DNA of 64,000 nt. Source: Escherichia phage WG01. The notes under the pieces were generated by a model, which was not told the DNA's origin, made no database searches, and saw only the letters and a list, made by a program, of their open reading frames with translations. This document shows positions 20,401-33,117 of the stretch, one piece after another (the first letter of the stretch is position 1; each line of letters begins with the position of its first letter). A program made the translations under genes and the position numbers. The stretch is from the sequence record NC_031928.1, one strand, 5' to 3'.

Positions 20401-20586
20401 GAAAATGATTTCTCTGTATTCCAAGGTCAATTACCACACGAACGTATTAAAAAGCATAGTCCATTGTTTGACCAAAGTGCTGTGACCTTTGCCAATTGGC
20501 GTGCACTGGTTGATAAGCGTCTTAAAGACGATATTGGAAATCCTAGAGACCCTAAAGTTCCAACTCAGGTAAAAATTAATGATTAA
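17491..20586 (+). CDS. 7: baseplate wedge protein gp7
   Basis: 1031 aa (T4 gp7 1032 aa); synteny. Confidence 0.85.
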   Translation: MSVQAPYVTSLRIDKLSANHVSILWDDVGANFYYFVELAQTKDAGVEIPDDRLFWRNLGYTPNNEWFEEAFISPNSFYKMRVAVAAQGFEQSEWVYTEEFETFSTNAYTFEHMREFTLSNKFIEEKFTKNNQNYVNFNTDAIMASLMTEDFNFTPAYSHLSSISNYVLKADRFHEIQGSIQAVCKDPKRSILMELGGVLYLLERFQSTAKVSNDKGQNWHYIRLFNDRVGNPVSRTAHYQTETTTYVLGYDQIFYGRKSSDIRWSADDVRFSSQDITFAKIGSDIDLPFEIEIFGSYAKLPLPISTIAEAICASDDFIYVAGRDRVYKAKTSEAPIDTDPSSPTYGEKIFESGYSTITGNPKAVCYKLDSIQGHTFALITGEVKEEKMDPTVESNVVDSESKGVYWLDTSTDTWTRVFGNTEEERRRIEHGYTSMSTDGEELFFSSSNFRYEVEVDSELPLEYPEIVTSAVKYVKDEQWIHDKHYLMMSFRSNSKSDFKEFKPGRMAYYAEPFFSWSRRDGTRSWITTGDHAMVVYNDALYQKIIDLNSGSSPERIVHEIWNKGFCKVTSPNIEFNGFKKYSSGMMIHKSTGELVGYFEFDYRVRDEVRVIWKPKEIMFTAELQNQEHEIPWKPKEEVGEQDPDLQPLLVKMIPDSYLLQDSNFEKFCEYYLQFISDGSGTHYNNLLNLIRNQYPREEDSWEYLWSEIYKRNIYLSKEKRDEVVRFFQARQTDFWSTKGTEASYKFLFKLLYNEDVEIDIESKNSIEYDIIVESDNISEDIVGQTIYTPTGRSNVTYIERNYKDGKLQWRLTIHNLLGRFIVGQEIKSERTSFKGMIVQGVRGKELLSNNIDYINRNRSYYVMTIKSNLPTSRYRNDVLRFVHPVGFGFVGITLLSMFVNVGLTLKHTETIINILKNYKWDSGLPSEWYDRVAVIGFDGNIERDPRTGLPVYNVGPKAGEPFDIPADYDAENDFSVFQGQLPHERIKKHSPLFDQSAVTFANWRALVDKRLKDDIGNPRDPKVPTQVKIND

Positions 20587-21583
20587 TTCTACAGTAGTTT
20601 ATCGTTCTATTGTTACTTCAAAATTTAGAACGGAAAAAATGTACAACTTTTACAGAACAATAGGTGATGGTGAAGACCAGAACACCATGTATGTATCTTT
20701 CGGAAGGGCCCGACCATGGGCCGATAACGAAAACGACCCAGGTTTTGCCCCGCCATATCCTGTAGATGATTCTGAAGGCGTAGAAGACGTCTGGACAAAC
20801 ATGATGGGATGCGTTAAGGTTTATAAGAGCATGTTGGATTGTGTTGTCCCGCGCAAAGACTGGGGCGATACCTCTTATCCTAATCCGTTTACTTTCCAGA
20901 TTGGTGAAATTGTAGTGGCGAACAGCCAGCCGCAAAACCGTACTGATGTCGGTGCCGGGTGGATGGTTTATCGTTGTGTAGATATCCCAGAATCAGGTAC
21001 ATGTTCTATTTTGTCCCTTGATAATAAAACTGAGTGTATTAAACTTGGTGGTAAATGGACCTCAAATGTACAGTCGGTTAAAGCTCCAGCAGGTCAAGGT
21101 GATACGGAAGGTATGGTTGATACGGGTGATGGGTATCTCTGGGAATATTTGTATGAGATTCCACCTGATGTAAGTATTAACCGTTGCACTAATGAATATA
21201 TTGTAGTACCATGGCCAGAAGAAATTGCCGAAGACCCTGAACGTTGGGGATACGAGAATAATCTTACTTGGCAGCAAGACGATTATGGATTGATTTATCG
21301 TATTAAAGGCAATACCATTCGTTTTAAAGCATTCTTAGATTCAGTTTACTTCCCTGAATTTAGTCTTCCTGGTAACAAAGGATTTAGACAGCTTTCGATA
21401 ATTTCTAATCCATTAGAAGCTAAAGCTCACCCATCCGATCCGATCATTAAAGCCGAAAAAGAGTACTATGATGTTATAGACCTCTCCCGCCATTCAGGTG
21501 AAATGATTTATATGGAAAACCGTCCTCCGGTTATTCGTTCCATGGACCAAACAGAAGAAATTAACATTATCTTCGAATTCTAA
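20579..21583 (+). CDS. 8: baseplate wedge protein gp8
   Basis: 334 aa, same length as T4 gp8; terminator downstream. Confidence 0.85.
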   Translation: MINSTVVYRSIVTSKFRTEKMYNFYRTIGDGEDQNTMYVSFGRARPWADNENDPGFAPPYPVDDSEGVEDVWTNMMGCVKVYKSMLDCVVPRKDWGDTSYPNPFTFQIGEIVVANSQPQNRTDVGAGWMVYRCVDIPESGTCSILSLDNKTECIKLGGKWTSNVQSVKAPAGQGDTEGMVDTGDGYLWEYLYEIPPDVSINRCTNEYIVVPWPEEIAEDPERWGYENNLTWQQDDYGLIYRIKGNTIRFKAFLDSVYFPEFSLPGNKGFRQLSIISNPLEAKAHPSDPIIKAEKEYYDVIDLSRHSGEMIYMENRPPVIRSMDQTEEINIIFEF

Positions 21584-21586
21584 TAA

Positions 21587-21610
21587 GGGCCGCAAGGCCC
21601 TTTCGGGTTT
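21587..21610 (+). terminator. intrinsic terminator after gene 8
   Basis: GGGCCGCAAGGCCC hairpin followed by TTTCGGGTTT. Confidence 0.6.
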
Positions 21611-21644
21611 AATAAATACAGTATATCAATAATGAGGCATACCT

Positions 21645-22505
21645 ATGATTAAGCAAACTGGTAAAGAACTAATTGACGTCGGTGAAATTGGTAATGCCAG
21701 CACCGGCGACATTCTTTATGATGGCGGTGTTAAACTGAACACTGACTTAAACAACATATATAATACTTTCGGCGACCAACGCAAAACTGCTTTAACTGGT
21801 GAATTAACCGGTCAGAAATTACACGCTACAGGTTATTATCAAAAATTTGGTGATATGGACCAAGCAAGCTCAGTAGATTTAGGCTCTTTGGTGGATATCG
21901 ATGCTTCTACCGGTTCTATCGTATTAACCACTGTAAAAGGTGCAGTCGGTGAAGGAATCGAGATTATCAACTCTAACGGGAGTATTTCTTCCACTAATTA
22001 TCTTGAAATCCGTATATTGGATACTTTTGCAAGCCATTCAACTTCGACTTTGCGTATCGTAACACCCTATACACGGGTTCTTTTATGGTGTGTATCGGAT
22101 ACAAACGGCGTTGCAGTATGGGATTATTCAATTGAAAGTATGTTTGGTGATAAACGAGTTCCATTAAATAAGACATATAATATATCTTCTGTCGCTCGTG
22201 ATATTCCGGTGGTTTATTCCGGCCAGTATTCATTGGTCAAACTTTTAGTTACGGCAGTGAATGCCAACGAAACCATTTACAAAGCTTCAGAATATCTTGT
22301 GTTTATCGACAACCAAGCTAAAAAGATTTATTCCACCGAATACGCTGTTATTAAACGTGGGCAAACTTCAGATGATGACGAAATTTATTCCCTAGATTTT
22401 AAATTCGATACATCAAACTATATTATCGCGACCGCTTCTTCTGTCAATCCTATGAGGCTTGCAATTAAGGTCGTAGAAACCCAAACTATTGGAGTTCCAG
22501 TATAA
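21645..22505 (+). CDS. 9: baseplate wedge / long tail fibre attachment protein gp9
   Basis: 286 aa (T4 gp9 288 aa); synteny. Confidence 0.8.
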   Translation: MIKQTGKELIDVGEIGNASTGDILYDGGVKLNTDLNNIYNTFGDQRKTALTGELTGQKLHATGYYQKFGDMDQASSVDLGSLVDIDASTGSIVLTTVKGAVGEGIEIINSNGSISSTNYLEIRILDTFASHSTSTLRIVTPYTRVLLWCVSDTNGVAVWDYSIESMFGDKRVPLNKTYNISSVARDIPVVYSGQYSLVKLLVTAVNANETIYKASEYLVFIDNQAKKIYSTEYAVIKRGQTSDDDEIYSLDFKFDTSNYIIATASSVNPMRLAIKVVETQTIGVPV

Positions 22506-24316
22506 TGAAACAAGACTTAAAAGTAGGTTCCGCTGTTGATGACGGGTCCGGTGATTACCTGCGTGCAGGTGGTCTTAAAATTAATAACAACTTCAATGAG
22601 CTTTATTACCAATTAGGTGATGGCAACAACCCTCATGCAGCAGGCGCTTGGAAACAGCATTCTACTGCAGATGGTGCTTTGTTGAACGCTGTAATGGGTC
22701 ATAGCTATACCCTTAATACTCAAGGTGGGCGTATTAACGTTCAGCTTCCTAAAGGCTCTCCTGAAGAATATAACTTTGTTATCCGTGTACGTGATGTGTA
22801 TTCCTCATGGCAAGCTAACCCTGTAACCCTAATCCCTGCCACGGGTGATACCATTAAGGGTTCAGCTACTCAAGTAGAAATTGCTCGCAACTTCTCGGAC
22901 CTTGAATTAGTTTATTGTGCCCCAGGACGATGGGAATACGTTGAAAATAAGCAAGTAAACCGTATTCCAAATAACGACCTCGCTACTGTAGCAACTAAGC
23001 AGTTTATTGCCACTGAAGGTCAAACAGACTTTCTAGACATTTTCCCAGGGCTTTCTTATAACGTAGCAAGTTTAAGCGTTTCGCAACGTGGTAACAATTT
23101 GTTCTACGGTATTGATGATATTTTTGATGCGGCTACTGCAGAATTCGGTTCTCCGGGTGCTCAACCAGGTGAATTGGTTGCCTTGAATGGTAAAGACATC
23201 CGTTTAAAATATCCTTGTGAAGCAGGTGATACTGTTATTATCAAATCATATAATGACGGGCTTGCTCAATGGCGCAGTTCTTATAACCGCCGTGATATAA
23301 CAATCCAAAGTTCAGAATTGACTAAAAACGTTTCTGTTCCTGGTTCTTCTTTCGTGGCTGATTTGAATACTTCGCATGTTATATCGGCCGCAGATTTGAA
23401 TATTTCTGTTAATAGTCCTATCAACCCAAATGCTTGCCAAGTTATGCTGAATAGCACATTACTTCATCAAGCTGGTACGGCAGGACTTCCTTCGTTTTAT
23501 TGTGAAGGTGCTGATGGTCGTACTGCTACCGAGTGTTTTAATGCTGGTGGTCAATGGACCCAATCTAAATCAGATTATATTTTTAATTTGACTCCTGAAG
23601 ACAAGATTGAATCTATTGAATTTGGACGTAACTTTGAACACGGCGATATTCTTACAGTAATTTGGTACAATAATGATATCGGTACCACCATGGAAATTGA
23701 TGAGATTTTGGATTATACCAACAACATCTATATTTCTAAAGGGCCTTCTATCGATATAACAGGTCAAGTTCGTATCACTGATGTAGACAATCCTTTTGCA
23801 CCTAACGTTGAACCGGTCGCCGCGTCCAATATTACAATAGATACAGCAGCAACGTTTTTTGATTTGGTTTATCCAATAGGAACCATCTATGAGAATACGG
23901 TGAACCCTAATAACCCTAAAACTTATATGGGCTTTGGTTCATGGAAGCGTTTATCTGATGTGTTCTTGGTAGGTTGGTCTCCTGACGCTAGTTCTTTGTT
24001 TAATGCAAATAACAACGATCTGGATTCTGCTGGTATTCCACAGTCAACTGCTGGCGGTACTGGTGGCGCTCATGTGGCTAATTTGAAATATGAGAATATC
24101 CCTGAACTTAATACCGATGATAAAGTCCTTATTGCTGATAACGATGGCCCTATTTTTGTAGGTGGATGTTTAGTTGACCCTGATTCACAAGGACCGGCTT
24201 ATACAAAATATCGTGAAGATAAAGCCAGTATTAATAAGGCTCAAGGAACCACTCCTATCCCGGTTAATACTCTACCACCATACTTAACTGTTCATCGCTG
24301 GATGAGGATTGCATAA
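22505..24316 (+). CDS. 10: baseplate wedge protein gp10
   Basis: 603 aa (T4 gp10 602 aa); synteny. Confidence 0.85.
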   Translation: MKQDLKVGSAVDDGSGDYLRAGGLKINNNFNELYYQLGDGNNPHAAGAWKQHSTADGALLNAVMGHSYTLNTQGGRINVQLPKGSPEEYNFVIRVRDVYSSWQANPVTLIPATGDTIKGSATQVEIARNFSDLELVYCAPGRWEYVENKQVNRIPNNDLATVATKQFIATEGQTDFLDIFPGLSYNVASLSVSQRGNNLFYGIDDIFDAATAEFGSPGAQPGELVALNGKDIRLKYPCEAGDTVIIKSYNDGLAQWRSSYNRRDITIQSSELTKNVSVPGSSFVADLNTSHVISAADLNISVNSPINPNACQVMLNSTLLHQAGTAGLPSFYCEGADGRTATECFNAGGQWTQSKSDYIFNLTPEDKIESIEFGRNFEHGDILTVIWYNNDIGTTMEIDEILDYTNNIYISKGPSIDITGQVRITDVDNPFAPNVEPVAASNITIDTAATFFDLVYPIGTIYENTVNPNNPKTYMGFGSWKRLSDVFLVGWSPDASSLFNANNNDLDSAGIPQSTAGGTGGAHVANLKYENIPELNTDDKVLIADNDGPIFVGGCLVDPDSQGPAYTKYREDKASINKAQGTTPIPVNTLPPYLTVHRWMRIA

Positions 24317-24981
24317 TGACTTTAACTGAAATGAAAAGCGGGTTAAAATCCCGCTTAGCCGATTATTTGGAATTATCTTACACTAGTGACAAGCCTACTG
24401 CTGTCGCTGACCAACGTCCTATTGGTGGTCCTTCTGCAAACCAAACCCAGAAGGGTGTTTATTTTCCTACGGTCCAAAGTGCAATAGATGATATTGCATT
24501 TAGAACAGAGCTTCCTGTGAACTCTGTTATTATTACCACAGAAAACAGAGCACCTGGATTTATCCAGCAATCTGATAAAATTACATTTACCGGTTCTATT
24601 TCTTCAGGCGGTGAACTTGGCGACCCGGTTATTATTAAAGTGTTCGGACTTCCTGTAGAGGTCTTAGTTGGCGATTCATCTGTATTGGTTGCATCTAAAG
24701 TAAATGATGTGTTTTTAGACGCTATTGCTAATAGCTATATTTTGGCCGAAACTGCTATTGATGCCTTAGACCAATCTACCTTGAATATTAAATACAATGA
24801 CTATCAGAATCATATTTTTTCACCATATAAACAATCGGGTTGTACAATTTCCCATACTATAGTCCAACAGCCAAGGGCTGGATACGGTAAGTGGGAATAC
24901 TTAGGTAACTCTACCCAATCGTTAGCAGGTGGTACAGTTAACGGCACGATTCCTTTATATTACTATAAGAGATTATATTAA
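24316..24981 (+). CDS. 11: baseplate wedge protein gp11
   Basis: 221 aa (T4 gp11 219 aa); synteny. Confidence 0.85.
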   Translation: MTLTEMKSGLKSRLADYLELSYTSDKPTAVADQRPIGGPSANQTQKGVYFPTVQSAIDDIAFRTELPVNSVIITTENRAPGFIQQSDKITFTGSISSGGELGDPVIIKVFGLPVEVLVGDSSVLVASKVNDVFLDAIANSYILAETAIDALDQSTLNIKYNDYQNHIFSPYKQSGCTISHTIVQQPRAGYGKWEYLGNSTQSLAGGTVNGTIPLYYYKRLY

Positions 24982-26507
24982 TGTCAACAAACACACTAAA
25001 ACACATTAGTGATAAATCGGAATTCAAATCATTCGACCCTACTGGGTCGAATTTCCCGCCTGATATTACTAATGTTCAAGAAGCATTGGCAACTATTTCA
25101 TTAATCGGCGTCACAGGTAATGTTCCTTCAGCTACAGAAACGTCCCAAGGCATTATTCGTCTTGCCACAACACAAGAAGTAATGGATGGTCTGGATGCTT
25201 ATAGTGCAGTGACACCGGCAACTTTAAAAGCCCGTTTAGATATTCCTACTCAGGCAACAGAAACTTATGTAGGTATCACCCGTTATGCTACTAACGCTGA
25301 AGCTATAGCAGGCACAGAGCCCCAGGCTGCAATCGTAGCAACTTCTTTGAAAGCGGTAATGGATTATACATTTGAGAACCGTTTATCAACAGAGAACGCC
25401 ACAGGCGTTATCAAGATTTCAACTACACCTGCCGCATTAGCTGGTACCGATGATACCACAGCAATGACCCCACTTAAAGTATCTCAGGCAATTGGTGCAG
25501 CGACGGCCGCGTTACCGGTTTATTCTACAGCAACGACTACAAATGAAGGTTTAGTTCGTTTAGCGACCAATGCAGAGGTTGGTAATGGAAGTCTTTCGGT
25601 AGGTATCGCTATTTCTCCGGCAGGATTAGCCACATTAACTTCCACCGAAGAACGAAGCGGTATTATTAAACTCGCAGGTTGGGATATGGTATCTAATGGT
25701 ACCGACCATACCGCCGCAGTTACACCGGCTTCTTTGTTAGCTCGTACAGGTAATACTGGACGTATTGGGTTGGTTCGTTTATCTACTACTGTAGGCCAAG
25801 GCGATGGTAATACGGCGCTGGCTTATAATGCTAACGTTATTTCTACTTCAGGCGGCGAAATATGGGGTACTTTAAACGTTAATGGAGCATTACGTCGTAA
25901 TGGTGTTGATGTTGTTACCCATGACCAATTATCAGATAGCGTTCCGGTGGGTACTATTTGCATGTGGGGTGGCAATGAAGGTAATATACCTGGTAAATGG
26001 CGTGCTTGTGTAGGTGGGACTTACACTGGTGGTGCATATTTAAATGCTGTTGGTGGGCGTTGGGGATGGTGGGGTGCTATTCCAGATTTCCGTGGATTAT
26101 ATCCTCGTGGCGCTAACATGGTCGGTGGATATTCTGAAGGCGAAGTTAACCCGCATATTGCCGGTAACCGAGGAGAAGACGGTAAAGGTAAAGCCCGTTT
26201 AGGTAATGGTGTTGGTTCTTTCCCGCAATCTTCCGTTCAAGCCCAAGCATTACGTTATCATAAACATGCTGGTGGTTTTGGTGAACATGATAACTATGGC
26301 GCTTTTGGTAACACCGCTAACTCCGGATATGTTGGTACTCGTAAAGGCCTTGACTGGGATAACCGTAGTTATTATACCAACGAAGGTTTTGAGACCACCG
26401 ATCCTTGGAACCGTGATGGACATACCACATTGAATAGTGAAGGTCTTATTGCCAACGAAACACGTCCATGGACAATGTCCGTTCTTTTTATTATTAAAGT
26501 AGAATAA
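24981..26507 (+). CDS. 12: short tail fibre protein gp12
   Basis: 508 aa; repetitive Gly/Thr/Ala-rich fibre-like segments; synteny 11-12-wac. Confidence 0.85.
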   Translation: MSTNTLKHISDKSEFKSFDPTGSNFPPDITNVQEALATISLIGVTGNVPSATETSQGIIRLATTQEVMDGLDAYSAVTPATLKARLDIPTQATETYVGITRYATNAEAIAGTEPQAAIVATSLKAVMDYTFENRLSTENATGVIKISTTPAALAGTDDTTAMTPLKVSQAIGAATAALPVYSTATTTNEGLVRLATNAEVGNGSLSVGIAISPAGLATLTSTEERSGIIKLAGWDMVSNGTDHTAAVTPASLLARTGNTGRIGLVRLSTTVGQGDGNTALAYNANVISTSGGEIWGTLNVNGALRRNGVDVVTHDQLSDSVPVGTICMWGGNEGNIPGKWRACVGGTYTGGAYLNAVGGRWGWWGAIPDFRGLYPRGANMVGGYSEGEVNPHIAGNRGEDGKGKARLGNGVGSFPQSSVQAQALRYHKHAGGFGEHDNYGAFGNTANSGYVGTRKGLDWDNRSYYTNEGFETTDPWNRDGHTTLNSEGLIANETRPWTMSVLFIIKVE

Positions 26508-26516
26508 GGGTAAAAA

Positions 26517-28106
26517 ATGATTAACAAATTGGAACTTAGTGAGTTACCATTTGTTGACGGCGTACCTGATGCTCCTCAAAAGCGTATCCAATGGATACGC
26601 GAGGGTGATTGTATGTCTGCAGCAAAAACAAAATACGGCAATGAAGGTAATTTGAACGCTGCTGCTTTAGGAGTTCAGAAAAACGTTGAAGCTCTTGATG
26701 CGAATGATTTGAAAACCGCAGATAAAGTTAACGAACTGGTAGAAAACGTTAATAATATCAATGATGCCTTAGAAATGGCTACGGATATTTCCGTCATCCA
26801 ACAAATTGAGAAAAACCGTGTTGATATCGTAGAGCTTAAGAGAGTAGAAGGCGAAACCACTACTGGGCTAAACAATTTAACCATAAATTTAGACCACCTA
26901 AAAGAAGACGTTGGTTACCATGACCCTTTACAAGATGGCCCATATTTAACTGTACGTGAAAATATTGTTCTTCTTAAAACCGAAATAGGTCATTATGAAA
27001 ACCAGGATATAAATGGTAATCCGTTGCCTCCTGGTGAAACCAGCGAAGCCACCGGTATGAAACGTCGCATCATTGATAATACCACTCAATTGGTCGACCA
27101 TCGTCTTCGCATTGATACCCTTGAAAGGAATTATGAAGATTCTGACGTCGGGCAACTAGGTATTAAATTAAATGAAATTCGTGCTGAACTCGGGCCCCAT
27201 TCCGATACGGTAGGTAAACAACAGGCTTATACCCGAATTTCTGTATTAGAAACGGCTGCAATTAATTTCAATACATCTATCGACGAAATTAAGACTAATA
27301 TTGATTTCTCCGGTATGCCTATAAAGGACCGAGTAACTACTTTAGAAAGCAAAACTCTTACCCTAGAAAATTCAGTCAACGTTGATTTAAAACCTCGTGT
27401 AACATCAATTGAAACCCAAATAGGTTCTGAATCAACTCCTACTTCTATTAATGGACGTTTAAGCGGTCTTCGTACTGATGTAAATGACCTTAAAACCATA
27501 GTGGGTGTTAGTTCAAGTGATGGCTTACGTTTCCAAGTTACTGATATCAACCGCCGTTTAGGTAGTGAAGTATCTCCGGCAGCTGGGACCATTAATAAGC
27601 GTTTAAATGACGTTATTATCCAAGCAAACCAATCTACTTCATCTATCCAGGATATTCAAGTAGAAATTGGAAATAACCAATCCGGTATTAAGGGTACTTT
27701 ACTTAAACTCACCAATAAGGTTGACGGGACAAACCCTAACGGTACTACTGTAGAAGAACGTGGTCTTATTAACGCGGTTACTTCTTTAGAAACCCGGATG
27801 TTAGGTAAGTTGAATGATGCCCCTTCCGATGGTAAGCTTTATGCTCGTCGTAATGCTACGTGGACCGAAGTTCCTAACGTTTCTACTGAAATAGGGACCG
27901 TTAAAGCTGATTTAGTTGTTACCGATGGTAATGTGGCAGCTTTAACTTCTAGAGTTACTACAGCAGAAGATAAAATCACTGCATTAGAAACTGAACTTGC
28001 TAAACGTCCACCAGTGGCTCCAGTTGCTGATGGACTTCCATATGTTCTTGTTAATAATGCGTGGGTGCTATTGTCAGATTTTGTGACTTTAAACCCAGCA
28101 CCATAA
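26517..28106 (+). CDS. wac: fibritin (whisker) neck protein
   Basis: 529 aa with long segmented coiled-coil repeats; between gene 12 and gene 13. Confidence 0.8.
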   Translation: MINKLELSELPFVDGVPDAPQKRIQWIREGDCMSAAKTKYGNEGNLNAAALGVQKNVEALDANDLKTADKVNELVENVNNINDALEMATDISVIQQIEKNRVDIVELKRVEGETTTGLNNLTINLDHLKEDVGYHDPLQDGPYLTVRENIVLLKTEIGHYENQDINGNPLPPGETSEATGMKRRIIDNTTQLVDHRLRIDTLERNYEDSDVGQLGIKLNEIRAELGPHSDTVGKQQAYTRISVLETAAINFNTSIDEIKTNIDFSGMPIKDRVTTLESKTLTLENSVNVDLKPRVTSIETQIGSESTPTSINGRLSGLRTDVNDLKTIVGVSSSDGLRFQVTDINRRLGSEVSPAAGTINKRLNDVIIQANQSTSSIQDIQVEIGNNQSGIKGTLLKLTNKVDGTNPNGTTVEERGLINAVTSLETRMLGKLNDAPSDGKLYARRNATWTEVPNVSTEIGTVKADLVVTDGNVAALTSRVTTAEDKITALETELAKRPPVAPVADGLPYVLVNNAWVLLSDFVTLNPAP

Positions 28107-28107
28107 T

Positions 28108-28130
28108 AAAAGGGCTTCGGCCCTTTTTTG
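28108..28130 (+). terminator. intrinsic terminator after wac
   Basis: AGGGCTTCGGCCCT hairpin (UUCG loop) followed by TTTTTT. Confidence 0.7.
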
Positions 28131-28131
28131 C

Positions 28132-28139
28132 TATAAATA
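28132..28139 (+). promoter_or_regulatory. late promoter for gene 13
   Basis: Exact TATAAATA just after the wac terminator, 22 nt before the gene 13 ATG. Confidence 0.65.
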
Positions 28140-28160
28140 CGGTTATTAGAGGAATAAACC

Positions 28161-29096
28161 ATGGCAAGTGAATCATATAACCCTAAGCAACTCAAGGACG
28201 CAATCCTGCGCCGCCTGGGTGCACCGATTACGAATATTGAAGTAACTACAGACCAAGTATACGATTGCATCCAGCGCGCCCTGGAGCTCTACGGTGAGTA
28301 TCATTATAACGGCTATAACAAAGGTTATCAGGCTTTTTATATAGGCCATGATGACGAAGAAAAATTCCGTAACGGCGTATTTGACCTTAAAGGCCGTAAT
28401 ATATTTGCAGTAACACAAATTTTAAGAACTAATGTAGGTTCTTTAACATCTATGGATGGCCAAGCGACTTATCCATGGTTTACTGATTTTGTATTAGGCC
28501 TAGCTGGTATTAACGGCGGTCTTGGAACTTCTTGTAACAGCTTTGGGCCTAATGCCTTTGGTGCTGACCTCGGGTATTTTACACAATTAATGCAATATCG
28601 TTCTATGATGCAGGACCTTTTGGTTCCATTGCCTGATTATTGGTATAACGATGCCACTGAACAGTTGAAGGTAATGGGTAACTTTGTTAAAGGCGATTTT
28701 ATTGTAATTGAAGTTTATACTCGCTCTTTTAATGGGGTCGATTCTATGGTAGGAAATACCGCAGGATATGGATATGCCTCTGGTGGGTGCGACGAAAATG
28801 AATGGAGCCCCGGAGCTATTTGGGATAACCCGGCTCGTCGTATTTCAGGTATGAGGGCAGGTGAAGACCTTGGTTTGCAAGATGGTTCATATAATAACCG
28901 TTGGGTCAAAGATTATGCGACGGCATTGGTTAAAGAAGTCAATGGTAATATTTTGGCCAAACACCAAGGCATGCAACTTGCGGGTGGAACCACTGTAGAT
29001 GGTATTCGATTGATTGAAGAAGCTCGTTTAGAAAAAGAACGCCTTCGCGAAGAATTAGATTTACTCGACCCACCAACACCTATTTTAATTGGATAA
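28161..29096 (+). CDS. 13: neck protein gp13
   Basis: 311 aa (T4 309 aa); late promoter upstream. Confidence 0.85.
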   Translation: MASESYNPKQLKDAILRRLGAPITNIEVTTDQVYDCIQRALELYGEYHYNGYNKGYQAFYIGHDDEEKFRNGVFDLKGRNIFAVTQILRTNVGSLTSMDGQATYPWFTDFVLGLAGINGGLGTSCNSFGPNAFGADLGYFTQLMQYRSMMQDLLVPLPDYWYNDATEQLKVMGNFVKGDFIVIEVYTRSFNGVDSMVGNTAGYGYASGGCDENEWSPGAIWDNPARRISGMRAGEDLGLQDGSYNNRWVKDYATALVKEVNGNILAKHQGMQLAGGTTVDGIRLIEEARLEKERLREELDLLDPPTPILIG

Positions 29097-29098
29097 TT

Positions 29099-29872
29099 AT
29101 GGCTACTTTCGATTCGAGTTTATTTGCCAAGCTGGAAAATAATACTGGCTATGCTAACACGAACGAAACTGAAATAATGAATCCGTTCGTCAACTTCTAC
29201 AAGCATGAGAATACCCAAACATTGGCTGATGCTTTAGTTGCTGAGTCTATTCAAATGCGTGGTATTGAGCTTTATTATATACCACGTGAATACGTTAATC
29301 CAGACCAGCTATTTGGCGAAGACCTTCAGAACAAATTTACTAAAGCCTGGAAATTTGCAGGTTATTTGGATTCCTTTGAAGGTTATTCCGGTGACAATAC
29401 TTATTTCAGTAAGTTCGGTATGATGGTTAATGATGAAGTAACAATCACAATTAACCCTAACCTTTTTAAACATCAATGCAATGGCACTGAACCTGTTTCA
29501 GGTGATTTGATTTATTTCCCAATGGACAACAGCCTATTCGAAATTAACTGGGTACAACCTTACGACCCATTCTATCAAGTAGGAGCTAACGTCCAGCGGC
29601 GCATCACCGCTACCAAGTTCATTTACAATGGTGAAGAACTTCGCCCTGAATTACAGAGAAATGAAGGTATTAATATCCCTGAGTTTAGTGAGCTTGATTT
29701 AATGCCTGTTAAGAATATCGACGGATTGGCTGATATCTCCGACATTCAATATGAAGAGGTCAATGAGATTAATGCTGAAGCGGCGGAATTCGTACATCCT
29801 TATGTTGTAATTAATGGACGAGGAGAGGATGCTCCTCCTACAGCATTTGATGATGCTTTTTTAGATGATTAA
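29099..29872 (+). CDS. 14: neck protein gp14
   Basis: 257 aa (T4 256 aa). Confidence 0.85.
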   Translation: MATFDSSLFAKLENNTGYANTNETEIMNPFVNFYKHENTQTLADALVAESIQMRGIELYYIPREYVNPDQLFGEDLQNKFTKAWKFAGYLDSFEGYSGDNTYFSKFGMMVNDEVTITINPNLFKHQCNGTEPVSGDLIYFPMDNSLFEINWVQPYDPFYQVGANVQRRITATKFIYNGEELRPELQRNEGINIPEFSELDLMPVKNIDGLADISDIQYEEVNEINAEAAEFVHPYVVINGRGEDAPPTAFDDAFLDD

Positions 29873-29880
29873 ATAATACA

Positions 29881-29901
29881 TGGCGCATGGTGCGCCATTT
29901 T
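29881..29901 (+). terminator. terminator-like hairpin after gene 14
   Basis: TGGCGCATGGTGCGCCA inverted repeat followed by TTTT. Confidence 0.45.
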
Positions 29902-29911
29902 AGGAGGTTTG

Positions 29912-30774
29912 ATGTTTGGACATTGGTATAATAGTTCGCTACGTCGCTATATTGTTTTGATGGGTGATTTATTTTCCCATGTTCAAGTAGCACGTCAAAG
30001 AGAAGATACAGGACTTAAATTTATTAAGGTTCCTATTACGTATGCTTCTAAAGAAAGATTTATGGCAAATTTGGGTAAATGGACGGCAGTACAGAATATT
30101 CCAAATCCTAATATGACAGCTAAAGAACGGGCCGAACAAAAAGCTAAAGTGGAAACAGTTCTTCCGCGTATGAACCTCCAAATGGTTGATATGCTTTACA
30201 ACTCACAATATAAAACAGCCCTTCAAAACAGAACACAAATTCAATTTGAGAATGGCGACCCACGTAAGCGTGTCAGCCAATATTCTCCTACTCCGGTTAA
30301 AATGATTTTCGAACTGGGTATTTACACTAGAACCCAAGATGATATGTTCCAAATTGTAGAACAGATTATGCCTTATTTCCAACCTCACTTCAATACAACT
30401 ATCACTGAACTCTATACAAACGAAATTAAATTTGACCGTGATATCCGTATTGTGTTCCAATCTATAGCAATGGATGAACAATTAGAAGGTGATACCACTT
30501 CTAGACGTCGCTTAGAGTGGTCTATGATGTTTGAGGTTAATGGTTGGTTATATCCTCCTGTGAAGGAAATGGAAGGCGAAATTAAAACCATTTATCTTGA
30601 TTTCTTTGCCAACTCAAAGGAACTCGCTCCTGAAGGTAATTTCGAATCGGTTGATAGCGAAGTGGTTCCTAGAGGTGTAGAAGAAAAAGAATGGGATGGT
30701 AAGTCCATTCAAACATATTCACAAGATATTCCAGTGCCTGTCGAGCCAGCGCCTCCAGCACCAAGGAGAAACCC

Positions 30775-30778
<4 letters not shown>
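29912..30778 (+). CDS. 15: tail sheath stabiliser / tail terminator gp15
   Basis: ORF track 29909..30778; ATG at 29912 with AGGAGG RBS; 288 aa. Confidence 0.8.
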
Positions 30779-33088
<2,310 letters not shown>

Positions 33089-33117
33089 ACAATAAAGCAT
33101 AACCAAGAGGATTCAAA

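Noticed and set aside
21606-21620. AATAAATA motif upstream of gene 9 as a late promoter
   Set aside because: Deviates from TATAAATA at the first position, which is normally invariant; not listed as a feature, though gene 9 may still have its own promoter.
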